This document shows positions 24,937 to 37,354 of a stretch of DNA of 64,000 nt, one piece after another. Origin of the DNA: Mobula hypostoma (Eukaryota); assembly GCF_963921235.1 (NCBI RefSeq), contig NC_086108.1, positions 89,158,001 to 89,222,000 of the forward strand, in the 5' to 3' direction. The translations under genes and the position numbers were made by a program. Position 1 is the stretch's first letter; every line of letters begins with the position of its first letter. The notes beneath the pieces were generated by a model. It was given only the letters and a program-made list of their open reading frames with translations. It was not told the origin of the DNA and searched no databases.

Positions 24937-26623
24937 CTTAACATATTCTACGCAAGATTCGAACAGAAGAGGAGCATCCCGCTCCCTCGGGATGAACTGC
25001 ACCCGGAGGCATCGAGATTCATCGTCACCGAGGAGGAGATTAGAAGGGCCTTCCTGAAGATAAATCCAAGGAAGGCGACGGCCCCAGATGGCGCCCCAGG
25101 ATGGGTTCTCCGGGTCTGTGCAACCGAGCGAGCTGGAGTGTTTGCTGGCATTCTCAGCTGCTCTTTGCTTCAGTCTAAGTTCCCCTCATGTTTTAAGAAG
25201 GCAATGATAATCCCGATGCCGAAGAAGAGCAAGGTGGCATGCCTGAATGACTATCGACCTGTGGCTCTGACATCAATTGCTATGAAGTGCTTCGAGAGAT
25301 TGATTATGGCACACATCAACTACAGCCTACCGGTCAACCTCGACGCTTTGCAATTCACCTACCGGAGCAACAGGTCAACAGCAGATGCCATCTCTCTGGC
25401 TCTACATTCCTCCTTAGAACAGCTGGAGAACAAAGACGCATATGTAAAGCTCCTTTTCATTGACTACAGTTCTGCCTTTAATACCATCTTTCCAAATAAA
25501 CTGATTCCTAAGCTCCGAAACCTGGGCCTTAGCACTCAGATCTGCTGCTGTATCTTCAACTTCCTCACAGACAGGAGCCAGGCTGTAAAAATAGGGGACA
25601 AGCTCTCCTCTACAATCATTCTGAGCACCGGTGCCCCACAAGGCTGTGTACTCAGCCCCCTGCTGTACTCACTGTACACCCATGATTGTGTAATCAAGTT
25701 TCCATCGAACTCAACATATAAGTTTACTAACGACACAACAATTGTAGGCAGTATCTCGGGTAATGATGAGTTTGAGTACAGAGAGGAAATTAAGAACCGG
25801 GTGGCATGGTGTGAAGACAATAACCTATCCCTCAACGTCAGCAAGACGAAGGAATTGGTTGTTGACTTCAGAAGGAGTAGCAGACAGCACGACCCAATTT
25901 ACATCGGTGGTGCGCAAGTGGAACAGGTCAAAAGCTTTAAGTTCCTCGGGGCCAATATCACAAATGACCTGACTTTGTCCAACCAAACAGAGTCCACTGC
26001 CAAGAAGGCCCACCAGTGCCTTTACTTCCTGACAAATCTTCAAAAATTTGGCCTGTCCCCTAAAACCCTCACTAATTTTTATAGATGCACCGTAGAAAGC
26101 ATTCTTCTTGGGTGCATCACAACCTGGTATGGAAGTTGTCCCGTCCAAGACTGGAAGAAGCTGCAGAAGATCGTGAACATGGCGCAGCACATCACACAAA
26201 CCAATCTTCCGTCCTTGGACTCACTTTACACCGCATGCTGTCGGAGCAGTGCTGCCAGGATAATCAAGGACACGACCCACCCAGCCAACACACTTTTCAT
26301 CTCTCTTCCCTCCGGGAGAAGGTTCAGGAGCTTGAAGACTCGTACGGCCAGATTTGGGAACAGCTTCCTTCCAACTGTGATAAGACTGCTGAATGGATCC
26401 TGACCCATATCTGGGCCGTAAGCTCCAAATATCCGGAACCGCATCTCGTTTTTTTTGCACTACCTTACTTTCCATTTTTCTATTTTCTATTTATGGTTTT
26501 TAATTGAAATTTTTAATATTTACTATCAATTTGTAATCCAGGGAGCAGGAAGAGCAGAATCAAAAATCGCTATGATGATTGTACGTTCTAGTATCAATTG
26601 TTTGGTGATAATAAAGTATAAAG
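24937..26623 (+). mobile_element. Rex1/Babar LINE, 5'-truncated, open RT frame
   Basis: LNDYRPVALTSIAMKCFERL, LQFTYRSNRSTADAI, LFIDYSSAFNTI, GAPQGCVLSPLLYSLYT, LNVSKTKELVVDFR and SFLPTVIRLLN; tail ataaagtataaagt. The first ~28 aa of track ORF 24853 are antisense CR1 sequence. Confidence 0.93.
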
Positions 26624-26667
26624 TAATGCCTCTATAATCTCTTCTCTTACCTCTCTTTTACTATTAA

Positions 26668-27282
26668 TGAGGGGTGATTGATAAGTTCATGGCCCAAGGT
26701 AGAATGAGTCAAGTTTAGAAAACCTAGCATATTTATTTTTGAACACTGTCCCCTCCTACATTTACACACTTAGCCCAACGGTCGTGGAATAGACGGATCT
26801 TGGACCTCCAGAAAGTGCCCACAGCAGAGGTGATTGATAAGTTTCTGGCCTAAGGTAGAAGGAGATGAGTTATACAGCTCTTGTTACATGCACATGCAGT
26901 TCAACTCTTTGAGTGATTACACAGAAAGTTTGAAGTTAATAACTCATCTCCTTCTACCGTAGGCCACAAACTTATCAATCACCCCCCCCGCGATAATAAC
27001 TGATGAGTTATTAACTTCAAACTTTCTGCATAATCACTCAAAGAGTTGACCTGCATGTGCATGTAATGAGAACTGTGTAACTCATCTCCTTCTACCGTAG
27101 GCCACGAACCTATCAATCACCCTTGCTGTGGGCACTTTCTGGAGGTCCAAGATCCGTATGCTCCAGGACCACTGGACTAAGTGTGTAAATGTAGTAGGGG
27201 ACGATGTTGAAAAATAAATGTGCTAGGTTTTCTAACATTGACTCCTTCTACCTTAGGCCACAAACTTATCAATCACCCCTTG
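26668..27282. mobile_element. Palindromic mariner-derived MITE
   Basis: TIR (t)gaggggtgattgataagtt...ggcc(t/c)aaggtagaa; arms ~26668-26948 and 27002-27282 are inverted copies; TA at 27283-27284; mariner C-terminus IRMLQDHWTKCVNVVGDDVEK* at 27152-27217. Confidence 0.9.
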
Positions 27283-27930
27283 TATGTATCTGAAAAACAC
27301 ATTTGGTATGCTCTTTGGTATTACCAGGTACCTTACTTTCATATTTCAGCTTTTCCCTCCTTATGTCCTTTTTAGTTACCTCCTGTTGTTTTTTCAAGAT
27401 TCCCAGTCCTCTAACTTCCCACTAATTGTTGCTCTATTATAACTCTCTTTTGCTTTTATGTTAGCACTGATTTCTCTTGTCACTCACAGATGCTTCATAC
27501 TGCCTTTAGAATACTTCTTCTTTGGGATGTATCTATCCTGCACCTTCCGAATTGCTCCCAGCTCCAGCAATTGCTGCTCTTCTGTCATCCCTACCAGTTG
27601 CTCTTTTCCAATCAACTTTGGCCAGTTCCTTTCACACGCCACTGTAATTCCTTTTACTCCACTGTAAATCAGATATATCTGACTTTAGCTTTTCCCTCTT
27701 AAATTTCAGGGTGAATTCTATCATACTTTAATCACTGTCTCCTAAGGGTTCTTTTAACTTAAGCCTCCTAATCATATCTGGGTCAGTACATAATACTCAA
27801 TGCAGAATTGCCGTTCCCGTAGGGGGCTCAACCTCAAGCTGCTCGACAACTCGTAGGCATTCTACAAATTTTCTCTCTTGGGATCCACCACCTGCCTAAT
27901 ATTCCCAATTATCCGCATATTAAAATCCTC

Positions 27931-30900
27931 CATAGAACATAGAACATAGAATAGTACAGTACAGTACAGACCGCTCGGCCCACAATGTTGTGCTGACCCT
28001 TAAACCCTGCCTCCCATATAACCCCCCCACCTTAAATTCCTCCACATACCTGTCTAGTAGTCTCTTAAATTTCACTAGTGTATCTGCCTCCACCACTGAC
28101 TCAGGCAGTGCATTCCACGCACCAACCACTCTCTGAGTAAAAAACCTTCCTCTAATATCCCCCTTGAACTTCCCACCCCTTCCCTTAAAGCCATGTCCTC
28201 TAGTACTGAGCAGTGGTGCCCTGGGGAAGAGGTGCTGACTGTCCACTCTATCTATTCCCCTTAATATCATGTATATCTGTATCATGTCTCCTCTCAGTCT
28301 CCTAAGGGTAAAGCCCTAGCTCCCTTAACCTCTGATGATAATGCATACCCTCTAAACCAGGCAGCATCCTGGTAAATCTCCTCTGTACCCTTTCCAATGC
28401 TTCCACTTCCTTCCTATAGTGATGCGACCAGAACTGGACACAGTACTCTATGTGTGGCCTAACCAGAGTTTTATAGAGCTGCATCATTACCTCGCAACTC
28501 TTAAACTCTATCCTTCGAGTTATGAAAGCTAACACCCCATAAGCTTTCTTAACTACCCTATCTACCTGTGAGGCAACTTTCAGGGATCTGTGAGCATGTA
28601 CCCCCAGATCCCTCTGATCCTCCACACTACCAAGTATCCTGCCATTTACTTTGTACTCTGCCTTGGAGTTAGTCCTTCCAAAGTGTACCACCTCACACTG
28701 CTCCGGGTTGAACTCCATCTGCCACTTCTCAGCCCATTTCTGCATCCTATCAATGTCCCTCTGCAATCTTTGACAATCCTCTACACTATCCACAACATCA
28801 CCAACCTTTGTGTCATCTGCAAACTTGCCAACCCACCCTTCTACCCCGACATCCAGGTCATTAATAAAAATCATGAAAAGTAGAGGTCCCAGTACTGATC
28901 CTTGTGGGACACCACTAGTCACAATCCTCTAATCCGAATGTACTCCCTCCGCCACGACCTTCTGTTTTCTGCAGGCAAGCCAATTCTGAATCCACCTGGC
29001 CTTCTGACTTTCTGAATAAGCCTACCATGTGGAACCTTGTCAAATGCCTTACTAAAATCCATGTAGATCACATCCACTGCACTACCCTCATCTATATGCC
29101 TGGTCACCTCCTCAAAGAACTCTATCAGGCTTGTTAGACATGATCTGCCCTTCACAAAGCCATGCTGACTGTCCCTGATCAGACCATGATTCTCTAAATG
29201 CCCATAGATCCTATCTCTAAGAATCTTTTCCAACAGCTTTCCCACCACAGACATAAGGCTCACTGGTCTATAATTACCCGGACTATCCCCACTAACTTTT
29301 ATGAACAGGGGGACAACATTCGCCTCCCTCCAACCCACAGACAACATTCCCGTGGACAATGAGGACATAAAGATCCTCGCCAAAGGCTCAGCAATCTCTT
29401 CCCTCACCTCGTGGAGCAGCCTGGGGAATATTCTGTCAGGCCCCGGGGATTTATCTGCCTTAATGTATTATAACAACTCCAACACCTCCTCTCCCTTAAT
29501 ATCAACATGCTCCAGAACATCAACCTCGCTCATATTGTCCTCACCGTCATAAATTCCCTCACATTGTTGAATACCGAAGAGAAGTATTCATTGAGGACCC
29601 CACTCACTTCCACAGCCTCCAGGCACATCTTCCCACATTTATCTCTAATTGGTCCTACCTTCACTTCTGTCATGCTTTTGTTCTTCACATAATTGAGGAA
29701 TGCCTTGGGGTTTTCCTTTACCCTACTCGCCAAGGCCTTCTCATGCCCCTTTCTTGCTCTCCTCAGCCCCTTCTTAAGCTCCTTTCTTGCTACTCTATAT
29801 TTCTCAATAGACCCATCTGATCCTTGCTTCCTAAACGTCACGTATGCTGCCTTCTTCCACCTGACTAGATTTTCCACCTCACTTGTCATCCATGGTTCCT
29901 TCACCCTACCATTCTTTATCTTCCTCACCGGGACAAATTTATCCCTAACATCCTGCAAGAGATCCCTAAATATTGACCATATGTCCATAGTACATTTCCC
30001 TGCAAACACATCATCCCAATTCACACCTGCAAGTTCTAGCCTTATAGCCTCATAATTTGTCCTTCCCCAATTAAAAATTTTCCTGTCCTCTTTGATTCTA
30101 TCCTTTTCCATGATAATGTTAAAGGCCAGGGAGCAGTGGTCACTGTCCCACAGATGCTCACCCACTGAGAAATCTGTGACCTGACCCAATTCGTTACCTA
30201 ATACTAGATCTAGTATGACATTCCCCCTAGTCGGCCTGTCAACATACTGTGACAGGAATCCATCCTGGATACACTTAACAAACTCTGCCCCATCTAAACC
30301 ATTGTAACTAATCAGGTGCCAATCAATATTAGGGAAGTTAAAGTCACCCATGATAACATCCGTTATTTTTGCACCTTTCCAAACTCTGCCTCCCAATCTG
30401 CTCCTTGGTATCTCTGCTGCTACCAGGGGGCTTATCGAATGCTCCCAAAAGAGGAACTGCTCCCTTCCTGTTCCTGACTTCCACCCATACTGACTCAAAA
30501 GAGGATCCTGCTACATTACCCATCCTTTCTGTAGCTGTAATAGTCTCCCTGACCAGTAATGCCACCCCTCCTCCCGTTTTTCCGCCCTCTCTATCCCTTT
30601 TAAAGCACTGAAATCCAGGCATATTGAGAATCCATTCCTGCTCTGGTGCCAGCCAAGTCTCTGTAATGGCCACTACATCATGATTCCATGTATGTATCCA
30701 AGCTCTCAGTTCATCACCTTTGTTCCTGATGCTTCTTGCATTGAAGTACACACACTTTAGCCCTTCTACCTTCCTACTTTTACACCCTTTATTCTGCTTC
30801 CCTGTCCTCAAAGCCTCTTTATATATTAGATCTGGCTTTACTCCACGCACTAAACTTGCAGTTCTCGCATGACCTTTATCCTCCTCCACCTCACTATCTG

Positions 30901-32058
30901 CTCTAACACTCTGGTTCCCCTCCCCCTTCAAATCTAGTTTAAACCCCTCGGAGCAGCACTAGCAAACCATCCCGCAAGGATGTTAGTCCCCCTCCAGTTC
31001 AGGTGCAACCCGTCCCATCGGAACAGGTCCCACCTTCCCTGGAACAAGGCCCAATTGTCCAGAAACATGAAGCCCTCCCTCCTGCACCAACTCCTTAGCC
31101 ACGTATTTAGCTGCATTATCTTCCTACTTCTAGCCTCACTAGCACATGGCACGGGTAGAAATCCTCAGACTGCAACTCTAGAGGACCTGTCCTTCAACTT
31201 TGCACCTTACTCTCTAAACTCTCTTTGCAGGACCTCCTCCTCCTTCCTATACACGTCATTGTTCCCTACATGGACCACAACATCTGGGTGCTCACCCTCC
31301 TTCCTGAGAATACTTAGAACTCGATCTGAGATATCACAGACTCAGGCGCCAGGGAGGCAACAGGCCATCCGGGATTTTCGATCTCTCCCACAGAACCTCT
31401 TATCTGTCCCCCTAACTATCGAATCCGCTATCACTAATGCTCTCCTCTTTTCCCTCCTTCTTTTCTGAGCTGAGGGTCCAGTCTCAGTGCCAGAGATGCG
31501 ACCACTGCAACTTGTCCCTGGTAGGTCATCCCCACCAATAGTATCCAAAACAGTATACTTATTGTTGATGGAAACGGCCACAGGGGTGCTCTGCTCTTTC
31601 TGTCTATTCCCCTTCCCTCTCCTGATAGTCATCCAGCTACCTGCCTCCTGACTTTTAGGGGTGACTGACTCCCTGAAACTCCTGTCTATTTCTGCCTCTG
31701 CCTCACAAATGATCCGAAGTGCATCCAGCTCCAGCTCCAGCCCCAGTTTCCTAACTTTGTTTGTCAGGAGCTGCAGCTGGATGCACCTTTTACAGGTGGA
31801 GTCATCAGGGACAATTGTGCTCGCCCTGACTTCCCACATACTGCAAACGGAGAACCCGACTGACCTAACTGCTGCCTCCACTACCTACTTCTAAGTTAAT
31901 TAGATTAATTAAAGGAGCTTGCCTGGCCTTACCTCACTGGGAGCAAGCTCGTCCTCAGCCTCTGCTCGCGGAAGCCTCTCAAGCCAAAGCCTTCCTACTC
32001 TGTCTCCCACTACTCCGTCGCCTGCTCCGTTAATCTGCTCGCTTTTTAAACTCTCCTG
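27931..32058 (-). mobile_element. Full-length CR1 LINE (5'UTR, ORF1, ORF2, tail), few disablements
   Basis: ORF1 ~31881-30934; ORF2 pieces 30931-27920 with APE (CVYFNARSIRNK, VAITETWL, GDFNFPNIDW) and RT (KFADDTK); tail (ttctatg)n at 27931-27950. Confidence 0.95.
30934..31881 (-). pseudogene. CR1 ORF1: Cys motif, coiled coil and SGNH esterase domain
   Basis: CSMWEV...CKRCIQLQLL...LELELDALRII, then VIADSIVRG (GDS-like block), CCLPGA, HVGTN and DGLHLN. Confidence 0.85.
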
Positions 32059-33226
32059 CTATCATAACATTGCTTTTTTTGACTATCATAACATTGCTTT
32101 TTTGACATACCTTTTCTATCTCCCATTATAATTTGTAGCCCACATTCTGGCCACTGTTCGCAGACCTGTATATAACTCCAGTCAAGGTCTTTTTCCCCTT
32201 TCTTAACTCTACTCATATCTATTCTACATCTCCGGATCCTATGTCATCTCTTTCTAAGGATTTGATTTCTTTTATTTTATCAACAGAGCCATGCCACCCC
32301 CTCTGCCTGTCCTTTCGATACAGTGATGATAAGCTTCCAACTATGATCTCCATTCAGCCATGACTCACTGATGTCCACAACATCATACCTGCTGATTTCT
32401 ACCTTATTCTGCATGCATTCAAATATAACAACTTCAGTCCTGTATTCATCACCCTTTTCAATTTTGTCCCCCATTGCACTACAACTTTTCCCACTGACTG
32501 CAATTTAGCCCTGTCTGCCTGTCCTTTCTGACAGTCTCACTGCACACTGTCTCTGCTTGTATACCTACTGCCACAATATCAGCCCTATCACTCCCTTTCC
32601 CATCCCCCGCCAAATTAATTTAAACCTTCCCCAACAGTTCTAGCAAACCTGTCCGCAAGGATATTAATCTCCCTTGGGTTCAGTTGTGACCCATTGCTTT
32701 TGCACAGGTCATGCATCCACACAGTGGAGATCACAATGATCCAGAAATCTGAAGCCCTTCTCTCTGCACCAGTTCCACTGCCACACATTCATCTGCCAAT
32801 CATGCTATTCTTACCCTCAATTGCAGGTGGCACAGACAGCAATCCAGAGGCTATCTGAGGTCCTGCTTTCCAGCTTTCTACCAAGATCCCCAAGTTCTCT
32901 CTTCAGTTCTTCCTCTATTTTCCTACCTATATCATTAGTCATAAGAAGTGAGTTAACTGGGCCCTATTAAATATTTGCATGTTGTGTATTTAATATTCCA
33001 GTTGTATTTGAGTAATATTGTAAATATATGGTTTGATTGTGTTCTTGTTCACTTAAATAACTAATTATGGGTTGTATGTAAAAATATGTGAATTTCATAT
33101 GTCATGAAGCTACCATGTGATTTGTGTGCACATTTTTTAAATTAAAAAACTAAGTTAGTGTTGCATTTTGGACTCTCAATCTTTTCCTTTAAATCAGTTT
33201 AATTTTTTGGAGTTACAAAACAACAA

Positions 33227-33238
33227 TGGCAATGAGGA
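33227..33238 (+). promoter_or_regulatory. Primer-binding site, tRNA-Ser(GCU) type
   Basis: TGGCAATGAGGA equals TGGCGACGAGGA (complement of the tRNA-Ser(GCU) 3' end) with two CpG-decay changes; it lies 1 nt after the LTR. Confidence 0.7.
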
Positions 33239-34302
33239 AGTTTTAAACAAAACTGAGATGACTACCTACCTGTTGAAGTGCAGTGAGATGTTCAAGATTT
33301 TAAAAAACTGCATTACAGCACATTTCAGAAGGGAAGACATGATTGAGTTAAACAAAAGGCAGAAAATGGAAGAAATAATCATGGGTTCAGAAATAGTGAG
33401 TTCTGGGTAAATGTACTCATAAAAAAATGAGCAGAAGTGGCTGGCTACATCGGAAAGATAGATGTGTTTGATAGCACAAGAGACAACTGGATTTTGTATA
33501 CTGAATGTATTGAGCAGTGTTTTAAAGCAAATGGAACAGCCAACGAGAAACAAATACCTGTTTTGCTAAGTGCATTGGCTGGAAAAGCATACAATTTGTT
33601 TAGGAGTTTGACTATTTCAACCATACTAGTTGATGTTGTGAAAGTAATCCTTTAGAACTGAAACCACTGTTGATTGCAGAACACTTTAGGTTTCATGAAA
33701 GGGGAGTCAAATTCAGCATATGTGGCTGAGTTGAAGAGACTGAGCATTGTCAGTTCAATGATGGTCTTAATGCTGCACTGAGAGATTGTTTAATTTGTGG
33801 AATCTTACAAAAAAGCATTCAAGAACAACTCCTGACTGAGACACAACTTACATTTAAAAGAGCAGTTGAAATAGCTGCATCAATGGAAACAGCAGAGAGA
33901 GATGCAACTGAATTGCAGTCAGAAATGAATGTCAGCATGAATAAAATTGTAGCATCTAGATGGAGTCCTGTCTGGCTGAACAGATTATGTTACCATTGTG
34001 GCAGGGCTCACATACTTCAGACAAATGCAGGTTTAAAGGTGAATTTTTTTGAAAATGCAACAAAGCAGGACACAGAGAGAGAGTATGTCAGGCAGACAAA
34101 AATAAATGAAAGATAAAAAGTCAATTTTCAGTTTCATGGAGAGCACTAAACTGTTTACTGTCGATGAAAATTCTGATAATGATGAGACTAATACAGGATT
34201 GCATAGCCCTGCGATTTACAATGTGAAAACTAACAATAGGTAAGCAATATGGTTTACTCTAGAAGTGAACGGCAAATTAATTAAAATGGAATTGGACACT
34301 GG

Positions 34303-34773
34303 ATCGAGTCCTCAGATTTCACCATGATCAACTCTGGTTGCTATGACCCTGGGTGCCTCAAATAAAAAACCTCCAGTCTGATGGCATGAACATTGATTTA
34401 TCTTTCTGGTTAAAAAAAATCATCTCTCCCATCCACTCTTCTTCAATTCCCCACTCTGGCCTCTTACTTATTCTCATCTACCTATCATCTTACTCTGGGT
34501 CCCTCCTCCTTCCCTGTCTCCTATGGTTCACTCTCCTCTCATCTCAGATTCCTTCCTTTACAGCTCTTTCCCTTTCCCACCCATAGGTGAAAGGTCTTCA
34601 CCTATCACCTTTTAGCTCTCCTCCTTCCCCTCCCTCCACCTTTTTATTCTGTCATCTTCCTCCTTCCTTTTCAGTCCTGAAGAAGGGTCTTGGCCAAAAC
34701 ATTGACTGTTTATTCATTTCCATGGATGTTGCCTAACTTGGTGATTTCCTCCAGCATTTTGTGTGTGTTGCTC
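34303..34773 (+). mobile_element. PLE 3' fragment inserted in the Gypsy protease motif
   Basis: LQSDGMNIDLS plus pseudo-LTR; flanked by TGGACACTGG at 34293-34302 and 34774-34783. Confidence 0.85.
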
Positions 34774-35156
34774 TGGACACTGGCTTGGCTGTTTCAGTCA
34801 CTCCACAAAATGAGTTTGAGCAACATTTCAAATAGACTATATGAAGCTTGCAGATATCCAACAGAGGACTTATGCTGGAGAAAAGATAACTCCTGGGGGA
34901 ATGACATTCGTAGCAGTGATATACAACAAACAACAAACTACATTAGGCTTGCATGTCGTAAAAACAGGAGGGCCAGCATTGTAGGTCACGAGTGGCTAAG
35001 ACAACCACAACTTGATTGGAGATCCATTCATCATTTGCATGCCACATATCTTGTAATAGAGTCAACTGAAAGCAAATTTAAAAAGGTACTGGATGATACC
35101 ACAGCGGTATTCAAAGATGGCAGTGGAAAACACAAACATATCAATGGTAAAATGGT

Positions 35157-35377
35157 AGTAACACACACTAAATTCTGGAGGAACTCAGCAACCAGGCAGC
35201 ATCTATGGAAAGATTAAACAGTCAACGTTTCAGCTGAGACCCTTCATCAGAACTTGGTCAGAAATGTCGATTGTTTACTCTTTTCCACAGATGCTGCCTG
35301 GCCTGCTGAGTTCCTCCTGCATTTTGTGTGTATTACTTTGATTTCCAGCATCTGTAGATTTTCTCTTACTTTTGAAA
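35157..35377. mobile_element. Fold-back PLE mini-element
   Basis: Inverted pseudo-LTR arms; TSD GGTAAAAT(G/A)GT at 35146-35156 and 35378-35388; minus-strand hammerhead at 35220-35254. Confidence 0.82.
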
Positions 35378-36182
35378 GGTAAAATAGTGCCAAATGGAAA
35401 TGTCACACCCAAGTTTTGCAAAACCCATTCAGTTGCTTATACCATTGGTGATAAAATAACCAGAGAGCTTGATCGCATGGAGGCTGAGGAATTCTTTCCA
35501 AGATTAACTGGAGCCCATGGGTAACAGCAGTGGTCGCAATAGGCAAGAAGTACAAATTCTTTAAACCAAGCATCACTTACTGTGTTCACACCATATGACA
35601 CTCAAGTATTGCACAAGTGTGCTGAGAAAATTCGGGCAGTGATGGATGCGCCAAGACCAAAGGATGTGTCACAGTTCCAGTCCTCTTTAGGATTTGTCAA
35701 TTTGTAACAGGTTCCTGCCAAACCTGGCTAGTGTTCCACCTCTTGAACTTATCAATACAGATCAAGAAGAACTGGCAATGGAAAAGCAGTGTGAGGTGGC
35801 CTTCAGAAGGAAGTGGTGATGTCAGACAATGTACTCACTAATTATGATCCACATCATCCTGTGAAGCTTGCCATGCCCTATTCAGGATGCCAACCCAGAA
35901 GAAAGGTGTCCAGAGCTGACAAAGCCACTTCCTGCAGTCCCAGAATCAACTCCGATGACCGTCACAGAGGAGGCACCAGAACCTGAGATTGTTTCATAGC
36001 CACAGATCTCTCCGGCCATTGTCAGGAAGGACGTTAACCTACAAGAGTAAGAAATCCTCCACAGCAATTAAATATTTAGCTTCGATGGAACAATTTAAAA
36101 TTTACTATGCTGTGGATATCTGTATTATAGAGAATACTGTGTATACAGTTGAGATGCGTTCTATATTGAGTTGGAGTTTATA

Positions 36183-36967
36183 CAGTGGCATGCAAAAGTT
36201 TGGACACCCCGGTCAAAATTTCTGTTCCTGTGAATAGCTAAGTGAGTAAAAGATGACCTGATTTCTAAAAGGCATAAAGTTAAAGATAGAACAGTGCACC
36301 ACCACTCCAGAGTCTGATAAATCTTCCAGAAGGTCTTTTGCAGTCAAACGGGGGTTTTGATTTGCCTTTCTAACAATCCTACGAATAGTTCTCTCAGAAA
36401 ATTTTCTTGGTCTTCCAGACCTCAACTTGACCTCCACCATTCCTGCTAACTGCCATTTCTTAATTACATTACGAACTGAGGAAATGGCTACCTGAAAACA
36501 CTTTGCTATCTTCTTATAGCCTTTCCTGCTTTGTGGGCATCAATTATTTTAATTTTAGAGTGCTAGGCAGCTGCTTAGAGGAGCCCATGGCTACTGATTG
36601 TTGGGACAAGGTTTGAGAAGTCAGCGTATTTATAAAGCTTTGAAATTTGCATAACCTGGCCTTTCTTAACGATGACTGTGGACTAGCCATAGCCCCAACA
36701 AGCTAATTAAGGTCTGAGACCTTGGTAAAAGTTATCTGAGAGCTCAAATTTCTTGGGGTGCCCAAACCTTTGCATGGTGCTCCTTTCCTTTTTTTTGCTC
36801 TAAAATTGTATAAAACAAAAATAATACACTAATCTTGCTTAAAATGTTGAAGAGAATGTTTCATCTTTAACTTTATGACTCTTGGAGATCAGTTCATCCT
36901 CTACTCACTTAACTACTCACAGTAACAGAAATTTTGACCGGGGTGCCCAAACCTTTGCATACCACTT
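36183..36967 (-). mobile_element. Internally deleted Tc1 element with IR/DR ends
   Basis: TA-CAGTGGCATGCAAAAGTTTGGACACCCCGG...GGGGTGCCCAAACCTTTGCATACCACTT-TA; inner DR at ~36755-36775; transposase N-terminus from ATG at 36588 (MGSSKQL...RSGRPRK). Confidence 0.92.
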
Positions 36968-37169
36968 TAGCTAAGCAGGAAGGAGTGTTGTGCATTTAAT
37001 ATTTCAAGTAGCATTTGAGTAATATTATAAATATATTGTTTAATTAAGCATTCTTGTTCATTAAGTAATTCATTATGGATCATATATAAAATTAAGAGAA
37101 TTGCATACATCATGGCGGTACCACATGATATATGCACACCTCGCTAAAAGTAAAAAAACTAAGTTAGAC

Positions 37170-37354
37170 AAGTAACACACATAAAAGTTGCTGGTGAAAG
37201 CAGCGGGCCAGGCAGCATTTCTAGGAAGAGATACAATCGACGTTTTGGGCCGAGTACCTCTTCCTAGAGATGCTGCCTGGCCTGCTGCGTTCACCAGCAA
37301 CTTCTATGTGTTTTGCTTGAAATTCCAGCATCTGCAGATTTCCTCGTGTTTGAG
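37170..37354. mobile_element. Fold-back PLE mini-element inside the Gypsy 3' LTR
   Basis: Roughly 55-bp inverted arms; 14-bp TSD AAACTAAGTTAGAC at 37156-37169 and 37355-37368. Confidence 0.88.

Larger units (their letters stand above)
23468..32940 (-). mobile_element. Long degraded CR1 LINE acting as host for three nested insertions
   Basis: Colinear CR1 pieces on the minus strand at 23468-24936, 26624-26667, 27283-27930 and 32059-32940, running from the 3' tail (ataagacc)n to the ORF1 esterase end. Similar to the CR1 at 1-5757. Confidence 0.88.

Noticed and set aside
16321..26403. Long RT ORFs as retron, DGR or other prokaryotic RT systems
   Set aside because: The motifs are those of CR1 and Rex1/Babar LINEs with 3' tandem tails, nested among eukaryotic repeats.
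31891..31932. Intron in the CR1 5'UTR (minus strand GTAAG...TTAG)
   Set aside because: Only ~42 nt, too short for a typical vertebrate intron, and there is no supporting evidence.
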